Under the pieces are notes generated by a model. That model did no database searches and was not told the origin of the DNA. It saw only the letters and a list, made by a program, of their open reading frames with translations. From Spirochaetota bacterium (GTDB lineage: Bacteria > Spirochaetota > UBA4802 > UBA5550): 64,000 nucleotides of DNA. A program made the position numbers and the translations under genes. How positions within the stretch are numbered: position 1 is the first letter of the stretch; each line of letters starts with the position of its first letter. The stretch is from assembly GCA_963664815.2 (NCBI GenBank), contig CAXXHB010000003.1, forward strand, positions 1,408,001 to 1,472,000, in the 5' to 3' direction. This document shows positions 50,480-61,166 of this stretch, piece after piece.

Positions 50480-50923
50480 ATGAAACACTCGGAAGTATAT
50501 TTGATAATAATACTCTCATTACTGATGATTAACTCTTCATGCTGCAGTAAACCAAAAGAGGAAATAAGTGGAGGCAGCTGCAGCTATGTAAAATTTGAAG
50601 GTTTTGCTGTAATAAAATCAATTACAGCCGCACCTGCATCAGAATATAACTGCCCTGTTAAACCCATGCAGATTATATTTGAATTCACACCTTTAAATAT
50701 TTCAGACAGACAGAAGTATAAATTTAAGGAATTTAAAGATACTGCGGTCAAAATGAGGATCAATGATGGCGCCAATCCACCACTTGCATGGATCAAAAAG
50801 AACGGGATTGAGCCCGGAAAAAAATTCAGATGTTTCAGGGAAGAGATTACAAAAGGTACATGCACTCCTGTATGTTTCAAATTCACAGATCTGAATTTAT
50901 TTCCGGAAACCGGATGTAAATAA
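50480..50923 (+). CDS. Hypothetical Cys-containing lipoprotein
   Basis: Hydrophobic leader then SSCC; GGSCSY...ITKGTCTP. Confidence 0.7.
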   Translation: MKHSEVYLIIILSLLMINSSCCSKPKEEISGGSCSYVKFEGFAVIKSITAAPASEYNCPVKPMQIIFEFTPLNISDRQKYKFKEFKDTAVKMRINDGANPPLAWIKKNGIEPGKKFRCFREEITKGTCTPVCFKFTDLNLFPETGCK

Positions 50924-51116
50924 AAGTCGTTTCTGAAAAATACGAGGAGATACAAAATCAGGGAAAATGCAGGCAGAAATGGGTACAAATGGCAAATTTA
51001 AAGGTAATTTAAGAGTGAGAAATGGAAATTGATGATAAAAACTGTTTTTAAATTGACAAAAATATACTCTGCGGAAGCCTTAAGTAAAATATATTATATA
51101 AAGGATGTGATTTTCT

Positions 51117-51362
51117 ATGACAAGCCCATTAGAGGTTGAAGTCAACGGCGACATTGAAAAAGCGTTTAAAAATCTGAAGAAAAAAATGGCATTCGAAGGC
51201 ATCTTCAAAGAACTCAAGCGAAGGAGATATTATGAGAAACCGAGCGAAGAGAAGAAGCGTAAAAAAGAAGAAGCTGAAAGACGTCGAATCAAAAAGATGA
51301 GAAGAATGCAGGTTCAGAGTTCAAGAACGAAAAAGACAGGCCGTTCAGCCGGAAAAGAATAG
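51117..51362 (+). CDS. rpsU: 30S ribosomal protein S21
   Basis: IEKAFKNLKKK...ELKRRRYYEKPSEEKKRK. Confidence 0.95.
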   Translation: MTSPLEVEVNGDIEKAFKNLKKKMAFEGIFKELKRRRYYEKPSEEKKRKKEEAERRRIKKMRRMQVQSSRTKKTGRSAGKE

Positions 51363-51384
51363 GGTATAGAAAAATCTAAGAGAA

Positions 51385-51416
51385 AGAGGCTGTTCCTGAA
51401 TGGGCAGCCTTTTTTT
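51385..51416 (+). terminator. Rho-independent terminator of rpsU
   Basis: aggctgttc...gggcagcct followed by a T run. Confidence 0.85.
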
Positions 51417-51419
51417 ATA

Positions 51420-51452
51420 GTGCGCCCGGCACGAACGCACGCTTGACAGTGC
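51420..51452 (+). mobile_element. 5' remnant of a class C group II intron
   Basis: GTGCGCCCGGCA begins immediately after the terminator T run, the typical 5' end and target site of IIC introns; no RT ORF or domain V seen. Confidence 0.55.
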
Positions 51453-51591
51453 GGTTGTGAGCCGGCATGCTTCGTTCTGTTCAGCATATATTTGATAAAA
51501 AACCGTCCTGGTCAGACGAACTCACCAGATACCTGGCCTGACGAAAAGACAAACCAATATGCTTTGTTCAAACTACGTTTTTCATCAAATG

Positions 51592-53709
51592 TCATAAACT
51601 CAAAGACAATCCGGCATTAAATCCTATCCAGGTATATAATTTACCATCTGTCCATTCATTTGTATGAATAGTGTATGGAATATCCAGAGTTCCATATCTG
51701 CCATCAACTTTTTCTTTCGTTATATATATATTAAACGATGGTCCAATCAAAAAAGATAGTTTTTCAGTAAATTGATATTTATAATTTAAATCAACCTTGT
51801 TTAATAAATTCAGATCACCGTCCCATTTGTTATTATAATATATGTTATTAGACGATAAATCAAGGCTGAGTTTTTGTTTCTCAGATAAGGGAATATTCCC
51901 TCCAAACCCTATTCCAAGGCTGTAAACAGAATTATTCTTATAAGACGAATAACCTGTTTTGAAAATTGTATAAAATTTTTCAATCCCCATTTTATAATTA
52001 AAATTAGAGTATATTACTTCACCTGCTGTAGGTTCAAATTCAAAATGCCCATTTTTCACAATGCTGATTATTCCAATCGGTAAACCTTCCTCGCCGTCAT
52101 TCAGATAATTGATAACACCAAACTGAACTCCGTTAATTTTCTGTGCATAATTGAAAACACCTAATTGAAATCCCTTAACATCACTTGAGGTAATATTAAT
52201 TGTCGAAAGTTGGAATCCTTTTGAGTTTTGATCAGAATAATTAAGCACTCCTGATATAAACAGGCCGGAGGTCGAATCCATACAAACATTTGAAACGCCT
52301 GAAAGAAAAAATCCCTCTGACTTTTTTTCAGAATAATTGACCACTCCCGATACAAACAGACCGGATGCTGAATCCATGCATATATTTGAAACACCTGAAA
52401 GCAAAAATCCTTTTGAGTTTTCCCTGTTTATATTTGAAATCCCCGATAATTGAAATCCTTTAATTTCCCCTTCGTTATAATTTAAGATTGAACCCATTTC
52501 AAATATATTTACACCGCCATTTATACCATATAATAAATTAATTGAGAAATCATTTGAATATTCTAAAGAATTAAATCCATTACTTCCAAGCGGATAGCCG
52601 AATGTAACCTGAACTTTCCTGTGTGTTTTTTCCGGTTTCTGTTTTCCCCTTAAAACTGTTTCCTCGCCGGCGGATTGTTTCATGTCATTCAGCGCAATGC
52701 GATAACTTTTTTCAGGTGATACTTTTACGTTTATTTCAAAAGCACTTTTGTCTATCTGATTCAGCAGAGAGTATTCCCCTGCCGGGATGGCAATCTCCAT
52801 TTCTTTACCGTATGGTTTCTGAAGTTCGGCAATGAATACATTGTCACTATTGCGTATATACACCTTACCTGTAATTTTTTTATCAAGAATGAGCCTTGAT
52901 GTTTTTATTTTGATGTCAGTTATGACAACATCACCGGTGCCGTTCATCTGTATGTCGTAATTAGGATGCTGTGCTCCTCCCAGTGTTTTCTCTGTCCTTT
53001 CCAGCGTTTCGTTGTATGCGTACTGATAAGCTTCATTCAGGGTTATCCGGCCATCCGGAATCATATCCGCGGCTCCCCGCAGACCAGATACAAGATAATA
53101 TGTAAAGAATGAGCCTTTAATGGAATCAGATTCCTGAGATGCTTCATTCGAAGAGCTCGACGTCATAAATGCATCACCCACCATGTTAAACGATGAATCC
53201 AAAACAAATGGATATCTGAAGGTTCCACCTTTTATGCGGGTAAAAGCTCCTGATGAACAGGAGTCAAGTATAGCTATGCGTACATCGGCGGGTATGCCGC
53301 GTATACAATCTTTAAGTTCTTTATAATAAACTTTTTCCCGGCCGAGGAGTAAAGCTTCTTCATCAGAGTGACCTGAAAAATAGAAAACAAACTCTATCCT
53401 CTTATCTTTCTGTTTGCTGCCGGCTATTTCATTTTTAATTTTACTCAGAGCGGAGATGAAACTTTTCCGGTCAGGATCAAGCAGCAGAAGACTGTCGTTT
53501 CCAGATACTCCACCTATGCTGTTTAATACATTCATCATAGTGTCTGCGTCTGATGCCGCATAACGGAGCATCACCCTGTCTGGCCCCCCGTTGTTTGACC
53601 CGACTATGACCGCGAATCTCCGGATATTCTTAGCTTCTGCTGAATTCTTTATGCCTGATATTACTGTAATCAGAAGCATTATCACAACTACTCGGTTTAT
53701 TTTATTCAT
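51592..53709 (-). CDS. Secreted caspase-like (peptidase C14) protein with C-terminal repeats and a putative beta-barrel
   Basis: Signal peptide; FYFSGHS (His) and ILDSCSSG (Cys); GFQLSG.SN 15-aa repeats. Confidence 0.88.
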   Translation of the reverse strand: MNKINRVVVIMLLITVISGIKNSAEAKNIRRFAVIVGSNNGGPDRVMLRYAASDADTMMNVLNSIGGVSGNDSLLLLDPDRKSFISALSKIKNEIAGSKQKDKRIEFVFYFSGHSDEEALLLGREKVYYKELKDCIRGIPADVRIAILDSCSSGAFTRIKGGTFRYPFVLDSSFNMVGDAFMTSSSSNEASQESDSIKGSFFTYYLVSGLRGAADMIPDGRITLNEAYQYAYNETLERTEKTLGGAQHPNYDIQMNGTGDVVITDIKIKTSRLILDKKITGKVYIRNSDNVFIAELQKPYGKEMEIAIPAGEYSLLNQIDKSAFEINVKVSPEKSYRIALNDMKQSAGEETVLRGKQKPEKTHRKVQVTFGYPLGSNGFNSLEYSNDFSINLLYGINGGVNIFEMGSILNYNEGEIKGFQLSGISNINRENSKGFLLSGVSNICMDSASGLFVSGVVNYSEKKSEGFFLSGVSNVCMDSTSGLFISGVLNYSDQNSKGFQLSTINITSSDVKGFQLGVFNYAQKINGVQFGVINYLNDGEEGLPIGIISIVKNGHFEFEPTAGEVIYSNFNYKMGIEKFYTIFKTGYSSYKNNSVYSLGIGFGGNIPLSEKQKLSLDLSSNNIYYNNKWDGDLNLLNKVDLNYKYQFTEKLSFLIGPSFNIYITKEKVDGRYGTLDIPYTIHTNEWTDGKLYTWIGFNAGLSLSL

Positions 53710-54144
53710 TTGTGTTGCTCTCCGGTCACATGGATCTTTTATAAAGTAAAGACAATTGACACCAGAGAGTTTGAAAATAACTCCCTGGTGTCAAAGAATA
53801 ATAAAGAATATTATAGATAGAACTGTTCAGAAACATTTCTGAAAAAAGTATTTAATAAACCCTTTTCAAATACTTTTTTACATTTTCAGTATGATTTTAT
53901 CAGCAACAATCACTATTACTTAAACACATTATATATATAAATCTGTTACTTCATTTTAAAATAAAACAAAATTTTTAAAATTCCGAAATTTAACCGTAAA
54001 TTTGTATCAGACCTGTTTTTTCTATAAAGATAGTATGGGAGTCACACCCATGAATAAGAAAATAGCATATATGCCGGCCTTGATGTCCACAAGAATTCAA
54101 TTACGATAGCTCTTTTTGTTGAGCAGAGAAAAAAGAGGAATGAA

Positions 54145-54732
54145 TTAAAAAGATTGCTCACAATAATAACCCTGTGTTACTCTGGCTTAGTTTACAGGAA
54201 GAACGTGCTGGATGGTGAATGCGAGTCAGCTGATTGTACAAATGGTGAAGGATGTATGTTTTTTGATAATGGTTGTTATATAGGCACGTTTTAAAACAGT
54301 CACATGAATGATACCGGCACTTTCAGGTCTTTTAATTTGACATATACGGGGAATTATGAAAACGGTTTTCGTAATGGCAAAGGGATAATGGCAAACCTTC
54401 ATACCAGTGAAAAATATGAAGGAGACTGGAAAGAAGACTATACGCATGGTAAAGGAACGCTAACAGGTAATGAATACGAAAAATGCAAAGAGGAAAATTG
54501 TGAAGATAGCCATATTCCCTGTTTGAACAGTGTTTATGTTGGAGACTTCAAATAGGGTAATAGAGACGGTCACGGTGTATACACAGACAGTGAAGGCAAT
54601 AAGTATAAAGGGGAATGGAAAAATGACATGAAAAACGGTCAGGGAAAAATAGAGTACTATAGCATGGAAGATAATGGAGGCAGTTTTGTGGGACAATGGA
54701 AAGATGACAAACAGGATGGAGAGGCTATATGA
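54145..54732 (+). pseudogene. MORN-repeat protein pseudogene
   Basis: One continuous frame CESADCTNGEG...YIGTF*...YEGDWKED..HGKG...YVGDFK*GNRDGHG...YKGEWKNDMKNGQG with stops at TAA 54292 and TAG 54553; no intact start codon. Confidence 0.85.
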
Positions 54733-55250
54733 AAAATAAATCTTTAAAGATTTTAATTATAATGAGTTTATTTTTTTTTATCAGCATTGTATTTATAATA
54801 AAACATGTTAATGTACAAGATCCAGATTTATCTTTAACTGAAGCATTGAAAAGTAGCTCGATTAAGCTTGCAAATAAAGCATTAGATTCAGGTGCTAACC
54901 CAAATTATAAAATTAACAATAGAAGTAACATAGTAATTGTTGCTACTATTTCAGATGAATTTGAATTTGCAAAATTACTGATAAGAAGAGGGGCTGATGT
55001 AAATGTCAAAGTTTCTAATGGTACTCCGTTAATATTTTTTGCGATAGCACGCGCATGTCAAACAAAATCACCTGATGCTATTGAATATGTCAAATTTTTA
55101 ATAGAGAACGGAGCTGATGTAAATTCGCAGACAGCAGCAAACATAACACCGCTTTGTTATACAAGAACGATAAATGATAAAGGTGGATGTTCTGAAATAA
55201 CTTCAATTTTAGAAAAACATGGCGCAATAACCGGTGATGCATGTTATTAA
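54729..55250 (+). CDS. Membrane-anchored ankyrin repeat protein
   Basis: N-terminal TM; LIRRGADVN, GTPL, LIENGADVN and ITPL motifs. Confidence 0.88.
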   Translation: MKNKSLKILIIMSLFFFISIVFIIKHVNVQDPDLSLTEALKSSSIKLANKALDSGANPNYKINNRSNIVIVATISDEFEFAKLLIRRGADVNVKVSNGTPLIFFAIARACQTKSPDAIEYVKFLIENGADVNSQTAANITPLCYTRTINDKGGCSEITSILEKHGAITGDACY

Positions 55251-55304
55251 AAATAAAGCAATTTTCCCGCGCCGGTTTCGGCCTCTCATTCTGAAGGTGA
55301 TATT

Positions 55305-55465
55305 ATGAAAAAGCGGATTCTATTCATGGTGCTTGACCTTTTCGCGGCTGTTTCATGCAACACGGTTATAACGACATGTATAACGAGTCGGGGATTGTCT
55401 ATAAAGTGATCTATAAAGCCAACGGCGGTACGGGCAAATCCACTTCAGAGATGAAAATCCAGTAG
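55305..55465 (+). pseudogene. Frameshifted lipoprotein remnant (InlB B-repeat-like start)
   Basis: gaaggtga RBS, MKKRILFMVLDLFAAVSC lipobox, then a shifted frame reading YKVIYKANGGTG before a stop. Confidence 0.45.
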
Positions 55466-55604
55466 ACTTTTACCGGATGGGATTTTTTTAATACCTGGGG
55501 AATCGATCCTGCGATAAACAGCGGTTACCCTTAACTGAGATGTAAACCTCCGAGGTAACGGTACAGTTTGAAAAGAATCCCCTCTGATGGCAACTGGGAA
55601 TTCA

Positions 55605-55663
55605 TTTTGGTGCGCCCGTGATGGGTGCACCAAAAGTACCGGTCAAATGATGACCGGTACTTT
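55605..55663 (-). terminator. Tandem hairpins after the acyl-CoA dehydrogenase
   Basis: ttttggtgcgccc/gggtgcaccaaaa and aaagtaccggtca/tgaccggtacttt. Confidence 0.75.
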
Positions 55664-55681
55664 ATGTATTCTGCTGAAGAT

Positions 55682-57541
55682 TTATTCCTCGAGAGCGCCG
55701 GTGAAAATTTCAGGAGACGCCAATATGCAGGCATCGTCATTATTCATAATACATTCCAGTTTTCCGAAAAATTTGGGAAATTCTGAAGAGATATAGAACT
55801 GCGATGAAAGAACGCGGCCTGAATAGTAGGCGGCTTCATTGTTATCCGCGATAATCTTCGCCCGCTCTTTCCCTTTTGCATCGCCGATGATGGCTTTCAT
55901 TTTTGGTATTGATATTGTAAGACTCTGAAGGTGAAGCCATGCAATGACAATCTGAAACATCGCCTGCTGAAGCTGTGTTGAATTAGAGAAGAGGGCCAGA
56001 AACTTCTGTTCTGCAAGCTGTGTTTTCATCATATCAATGACTTCGTCCAGTTTTACAACTCCACGTTCAACAAGTTTGATGTATTTATCGTCAACAATTC
56101 CTCCGGCCTTCTTTATTGTAGCGGCTACGCGGTTTTTGAATACCGTATAGTTCTGGTAATTTTTATTTGTAAGGATTTTCCTCATTTGAAGGTCAATAGA
56201 CTGGATACCGTTTGCTCCTTCATAGACAGAGAAAACCTTAATATCACGTGCATACTGTTCAACCGGGTAATCCTGGCAGTAGCCGTATCCGCCGTATACC
56301 TGGATTGCTTCTGCAGTTACCAGCCAGCCTGCGTCTGAGTTACCGGCTTTAACAATCGGGGTGAGAAGTTCTACAAATGCACCCGCCTCCTGTATTTCTT
56401 CGGCATCTTTTGAAGCGCTCACAATGTCTATATTGTAGCAGAGATAGTAGGTAAGCATCCTCATCCCTTCAACAAGGCTTTTCATGTAAAGCAGCATCCT
56501 TTTTACGTCTGTATGCTCAACGATGTTGACTTTGCCTTTGCCGGGAATAATCTCTCCCTGAATCCTGTTTTTTGCATAGGTTACTGCATGCATGTATGCA
56601 GCGCTTGAGACGCCGAGAGCCTGACATCCGGTAAAGGTTCTGGCCTCATTCATCAGATTAAACATGATCTTCATTCCGTCACGCTCATTACCCATTAGAT
56701 AACCTACGCACTGTCCGTTTTCTCCGAAACTGAGGGTTGAAGTTGCGTTGCCTCTGAGTCCCATTTTATGTTCTATCCCCACACATGCCATGTCATTGCG
56801 TTTTCCGATAGAACCGTCTTTGTTTATCAGAAACTTCGGAACGGCAAAAATAGAAATACCCTTTGTCCCTTCAGGATCACCTTCGATCCTTGCCAGTACA
56901 GGGTGCATTATATTCTTTACCATGTTATGCTCGCCGTTGCTGATGAATATCTTCTGTCCGGAAATCAGATATGTTCCGTCGGACTGACGCACTGCCTTTG
57001 TTGTCAGGGCTCCGACATCACTTCCTGCGCCAGGTTCTGTCAGACACATGGTTCCGCCGCATTCACCGGAAAACATTGTGTCGCAAAAAACTTTTTTGTA
57101 ATCTTCCGGTGCATGCTCGATCATAAGATGTGCTGTACCATAAAGTGAAGATGCGTACATCAGAAGAGCGGTATTTGCCGCATTGAAGTATTCCATTGAA
57201 CAGTAGTGAATAGCTGTCGGCATCCCCATTCCTCCGAGATCCTGCGGGAAAGGGAGAATATGAAAGCCTGCATCGGTATAAGCCTTAAAAGCTTTGGTAA
57301 AGGATTCGGGTACTGTTACCTCTTTTTTAACCGGATCGTACTTTAATCCGTTACGGTCTCCGTCTGCGAGTGTAGGATAAAACAGTTCAACAGCCATCTT
57401 CTCTGAAAGGTTTAAAGTATCCTCAAAAATGTCCCGATCCAACCCTGAATATGTCTCAAACCTGTTGATTTTATCAATTTCAAGCATCTCAAAAAGTACA
57501 AATCTCACATCACGTGAATCTACCAGTGGATTTAAAGCCAT
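55682..57541 (-). CDS. Acyl-CoA dehydrogenase (long ~600-aa family)
   Basis: GTMCLTEPGAGSDVG, GQKIFISNGEH, IEHKMG, AIQVYGGYGY and YEGANGIQ motifs. Confidence 0.95.
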   Translation of the reverse strand: MALNPLVDSRDVRFVLFEMLEIDKINRFETYSGLDRDIFEDTLNLSEKMAVELFYPTLADGDRNGLKYDPVKKEVTVPESFTKAFKAYTDAGFHILPFPQDLGGMGMPTAIHYCSMEYFNAANTALLMYASSLYGTAHLMIEHAPEDYKKVFCDTMFSGECGGTMCLTEPGAGSDVGALTTKAVRQSDGTYLISGQKIFISNGEHNMVKNIMHPVLARIEGDPEGTKGISIFAVPKFLINKDGSIGKRNDMACVGIEHKMGLRGNATSTLSFGENGQCVGYLMGNERDGMKIMFNLMNEARTFTGCQALGVSSAAYMHAVTYAKNRIQGEIIPGKGKVNIVEHTDVKRMLLYMKSLVEGMRMLTYYLCYNIDIVSASKDAEEIQEAGAFVELLTPIVKAGNSDAGWLVTAEAIQVYGGYGYCQDYPVEQYARDIKVFSVYEGANGIQSIDLQMRKILTNKNYQNYTVFKNRVAATIKKAGGIVDDKYIKLVERGVVKLDEVIDMMKTQLAEQKFLALFSNSTQLQQAMFQIVIAWLHLQSLTISIPKMKAIIGDAKGKERAKIIADNNEAAYYSGRVLSSQFYISSEFPKFFGKLECIMNNDDACILASPEIFTGALEE

Positions 57542-58178
57542 AAAAACCTCCGTATGAATTTATGTAACTGAACATTCAATTAATGAATTGTTTTGCAGTT
57601 ATATTTTTTTGTCAAGAATGATACTTGTCTTTGAACCGCTATGCTGTTGTTTTGAGTGCTGAGTGTTCTGTTGAAATATTTGATTTTTCATTCAGGCTTA
57701 ACATATACTGAAAAAATATATTTGTAAAAATAAGATCAGGAAAAAAAATATTAATTAAAACTGACAGTCGGAAAGATGGCGGGTTAAAAAGATTAGAGTG
57801 ATGCAGGTTAAAAATTTAAAATCTACCGGGAAGACAGCTGAGACGAAAAAAACAATTTATATAAAAAACTAAATAAAACAAAATGTTCATTGAGTATGTG
57901 CTTATTTTATTTAAATTGAAATCAGGTTTTTTAAATTTTTCTGATGTTTCAGCACACATATTATCTGAATAAAATATGAGAATTATATAAACTGGCCGTA
58001 TTATAGCCAGAAGATTGGTTTAGAGAATTATTTAATATTAATTGATAGACATAATTACATAGTAAATTGATAAAAAAATATATAAATTTAAGTATAATAA
58101 TTCCTTAATTTTGCACCAAAATATTTGTTAAGGAATTATTGCTGATAATTAACACAACTACTCAAAATGAGGTAAAAT

Positions 58179-60011
58179 ATGTTTTCGTTTAAAACTATTC
58201 AGTCCAAACTCATTACACTTATTGGAATTACACTGATTGTAATTCTTTCTGTTCTGGGTGTTATAATTGCAGAAACTGAAAGCAATAAAAGATTAAAAGA
58301 AATCAACACTACTGCAATTAATATTCTTGATGGAAGAAAAGAGCAGCTCGGGTCTATAATTACCGGTCTGTCTGATGAAGCAAGGCTATATGCAGAAAAG
58401 CCCGAAATAAGATCAATGAATCCAGCCACTCTTCCTGAAGCTATAAAAAGCATAAAACTCGGAAGTCTGGTGAAGGAGATTGTTGTCGTATTTGAAAACG
58501 GGACTTTTGCAGTAGCCGGCAGATATTTTGATAAAGCAGATGTCAGATACCGGGATTACTATAAAGCAGTATTTACAGAAAAAAAGGATTTATTCATTTC
58601 GACAATTACATCATCAGTCGACGGCAGCAAATATTTTATAATAACAATTCCAATTACAGATAAAACAGGTAAGCGAATTGGTCTCATGAATCTCAGTATG
58701 GATCTTGCTGATCTGAGCGCTCTGATAACTGACAAGATAAATGTGTTGTCCGGATATGCTTTTGTTCTTGATGAGAACGGTACTGCTTTGATGCATCCTA
58801 AAAAGGAATTTATCCTGAAAATGAATCTCAGGGAGATGAAGGACTGGGACGGACTTGGTGACCTTTATGAAAAAATCAGGAAAAATAATTCAGGTTCGCA
58901 TAATTACCATAATCCCCAGGGGGAAGAGATAATGACTTTCTTCAGTAAAATTCCCAACACTCCGGGATGGGTGATATGTGCAACTGTCAGGATGTCTGTT
59001 TTAAAAAACATTACAAAGTCGATGGTGGGTATTCTTTTTGTAGGTATCATTACTGCTGAGATAATAATAATTATCCTGATCTGGTTTATCTGCAGAATTA
59101 CCATCACTGATCCTGTAAAGAAAATTATAGATTTTACAGCAGATCTTGAAAATAAAGAATTATCCAGAAGGCTTGATATCCAGCAGAAAGATGAATTTGG
59201 ACGAATAGGTGAATCCCTTAATATGGCTGTTCTGGCCATTGAAACAGCGATGAAAAAAGTTTTGCTCTCTTCGGAATCACTCCTGCATGGAATGGAACAG
59301 ATATCTTCAGGGAATCATAATCTATCTCAGAGAACCAGTGAGCAGGCGTCGGCAATTGAAGAGGTTTCAGCTACAATTGAAGAAACCGCAGCAACAATAG
59401 CACAGAATTCAGAAAATGCGAAGAATGCAGAAAGGATATCCAGAGAGACAAATTCAATGGCTGAGTCCGGAGGGAAAGAGCTGGAAGAGGCCGTGGTTAC
59501 AATAAACTTAATAAGCGAGTCTAGCGCCAGAATGTCTGAAATAATTCAGGTGATTAATGATATAGCTTTTCAGACAAATCTTCTCGCTCTTAATGCGGCG
59601 GTTGAAGCTGCAAGGGCCGGAGATCAGGGGCGGGGATTTGCAGTTGTGGCCGGAGAGGTCAGGAACCTCGCTCAGAGGTCAGGTGATGCCGCAAAACAGA
59701 TAGGTTCCCTGATAAAAGATTCTGTTGAAAAAATTCAGTCCGGGACAATGCAGGTCAATAAAAGCGGTGAATCCCTGGTGAAAATAATCGAGTCGACAGG
59801 GAATGTAAGTAATGCTGTTTCCGAAATTGCATATGCCAGCGATGAGCAGAAGACAGGGGTAGACCAGATAAACAATGCGATTGTTGAGCTTGATAAGGCA
59901 ACTCAGCAGAATGCTGCCCTTGTTGAGGAAACTGCGTCGGCAAGTGAAGAAATCTCATCCCGGGCTAAAGAACTTGTTGAACTTATACATCAGTTCAGGA
60001 TTAATATATGA
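58179..60011 (+). CDS. Methyl-accepting chemotaxis protein (dCache sensor)
   Basis: Two TMs, Cache domain ([18 protein letters not shown]), [24 protein letters not shown]. Confidence 0.96.
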   Translation: MFSFKTIQSKLITLIGITLIVILSVLGVIIAETESNKRLKEINTTAINILDGRKEQLGSIITGLSDEARLYAEKPEIRSMNPATLPEAIKSIKLGSLVKEIVVVFENGTFAVAGRYFDKADVRYRDYYKAVFTEKKDLFISTITSSVDGSKYFIITIPITDKTGKRIGLMNLSMDLADLSALITDKINVLSGYAFVLDENGTALMHPKKEFILKMNLREMKDWDGLGDLYEKIRKNNSGSHNYHNPQGEEIMTFFSKIPNTPGWVICATVRMSVLKNITKSMVGILFVGIITAEIIIIILIWFICRITITDPVKKIIDFTADLENKELSRRLDIQQKDEFGRIGESLNMAVLAIETAMKKVLLSSESLLHGMEQISSGNHNLSQRTSEQASAIEEVSATIEETAATIAQNSENAKNAERISRETNSMAESGGKELEEAVVTINLISESSARMSEIIQVINDIAFQTNLLALNAAVEAARAGDQGRGFAVVAGEVRNLAQRSGDAAKQIGSLIKDSVEKIQSGTMQVNKSGESLVKIIESTGNVSNAVSEIAYASDEQKTGVDQINNAIVELDKATQQNAALVEETASASEEISSRAKELVELIHQFRINI

Positions 60012-60108
60012 ATTTTTATTGACTAATAACAGTCTGAATTATAATTTATCGTCCTGGATAAAACTGATTTTTTAATGAAAGTTTTGTTTTATTCAGCCTT
60101 AAAAAAAA

Positions 60109-60193
60109 GGAGAGGTGTCAGAGTGGCCGATCGTGTCTGACTCGAAATCAGATGTCCTGCAAGGGACCGGGGGTTCAAATCCCTCCCTCTCCG
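60109..60193 (+). tRNA. tRNA-Ser (CGA)
   Basis: GGAGAGGTGTCAGAGTGG...TCTGA CTCGAAA TCAGA, long variable arm, GGTTCAAATCC; CCA not encoded. Confidence 0.95.
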
Positions 60194-60433
60194 GATTTTT
60201 TAATTTTTTATTTAATATATTAATAACCCCATTTTTGCCTCGCCGGTTATAAAATTTTATAGATTGATATTGCTGATATTGGAATTCCCCATGCATTTTA
60301 ATTAAATAAAATTGCTTGACCATTAAAAAATACATGTCATTTTGTATAATGATTTAACAATGTTTATTTTACAAAAAATATATCTTAAGGAATTATTCCT
60401 GATTTATAATTATCATAAACGGAAGAATATAAG

Positions 60434-61126
60434 ATGAATAATATGAAGTTGTATGTAGCAGGTGTGTTGATTTTAATGCTGGTTATTCCCTTGTCAGCTG
60501 AAAACAGATGTGACAGGTCAACCCCGGAAAAATTCTACAAGGCATTCAGCTGGTGTTGTGAAGATATCGAAAAGGGCATAACGGCAGGTGAGTTGTACGA
60601 TACTGCTTCAGCGAAAGCAATTGATGATTATGAAGGTGCTGCCGCAAAGTCTATTCAATCATTCAATACGTTTATGAGTAAAATAAAAACCGGATTTAAT
60701 CCCAGGTTCAGGGAAGCTGGAAAGAATAAGTTCAGGGTTACAATATCATCCGATGGGATCAGCGGCGGGAAAACAGAGATAACCTGGAAATTTTCTGCTA
60801 CTTCAATAATGGAGGATATCAAAGCGCTTTTACCGGGTGATGTAATATTCCATGATGCAGATTGTAAAGACAATATCTGTGTGTCACGTGTTGCAATTGC
60901 AGGGGACAAAAAAAAAATAAGATTAGTGATGACTCAGTCAGGTTACAGAATTAAACTTGATGAGGACGATATAAAAAACTTTACTACGGTAACAATCGTG
61001 CTTAACAGGCTGACTCTGCTTTTTAATACTTTTTCAGATAAAATAGATAAAGGGATAATAAACGAGAGTAATTTTTCCGAGACAATGATGACGTGGAAGA
61101 ATGAATTTGACGAGATGACGAAATAG
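60434..61126 (+). CDS. Hypothetical exported protein
   Basis: Signal peptide ending PLSA; 230-aa ORF. Confidence 0.7.
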   Translation: MNNMKLYVAGVLILMLVIPLSAENRCDRSTPEKFYKAFSWCCEDIEKGITAGELYDTASAKAIDDYEGAAAKSIQSFNTFMSKIKTGFNPRFREAGKNKFRVTISSDGISGGKTEITWKFSATSIMEDIKALLPGDVIFHDADCKDNICVSRVAIAGDKKKIRLVMTQSGYRIKLDEDDIKNFTTVTIVLNRLTLLFNTFSDKIDKGIINESNFSETMMTWKNEFDEMTK

Positions 61127-61166
61127 ACTTACTCTTTTTTTAACATTTACAGAGAAACTATATTTA

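Noticed and set aside
54292-54555. Stop-codon reassignment or pyrrolysine readthrough in the MORN gene
   Set aside because: Two different stops (TAA and TAG) are involved, and both terminate intact genes elsewhere in the window (e.g. ackA TAG, lnt TAA); pseudogenisation is simpler
55610-55630. Second GTGCGCCC group II intron start
   Set aside because: It is one arm of a terminator hairpin (ttttggtgcgccc/gggtgcaccaaaa) and does not follow a terminator
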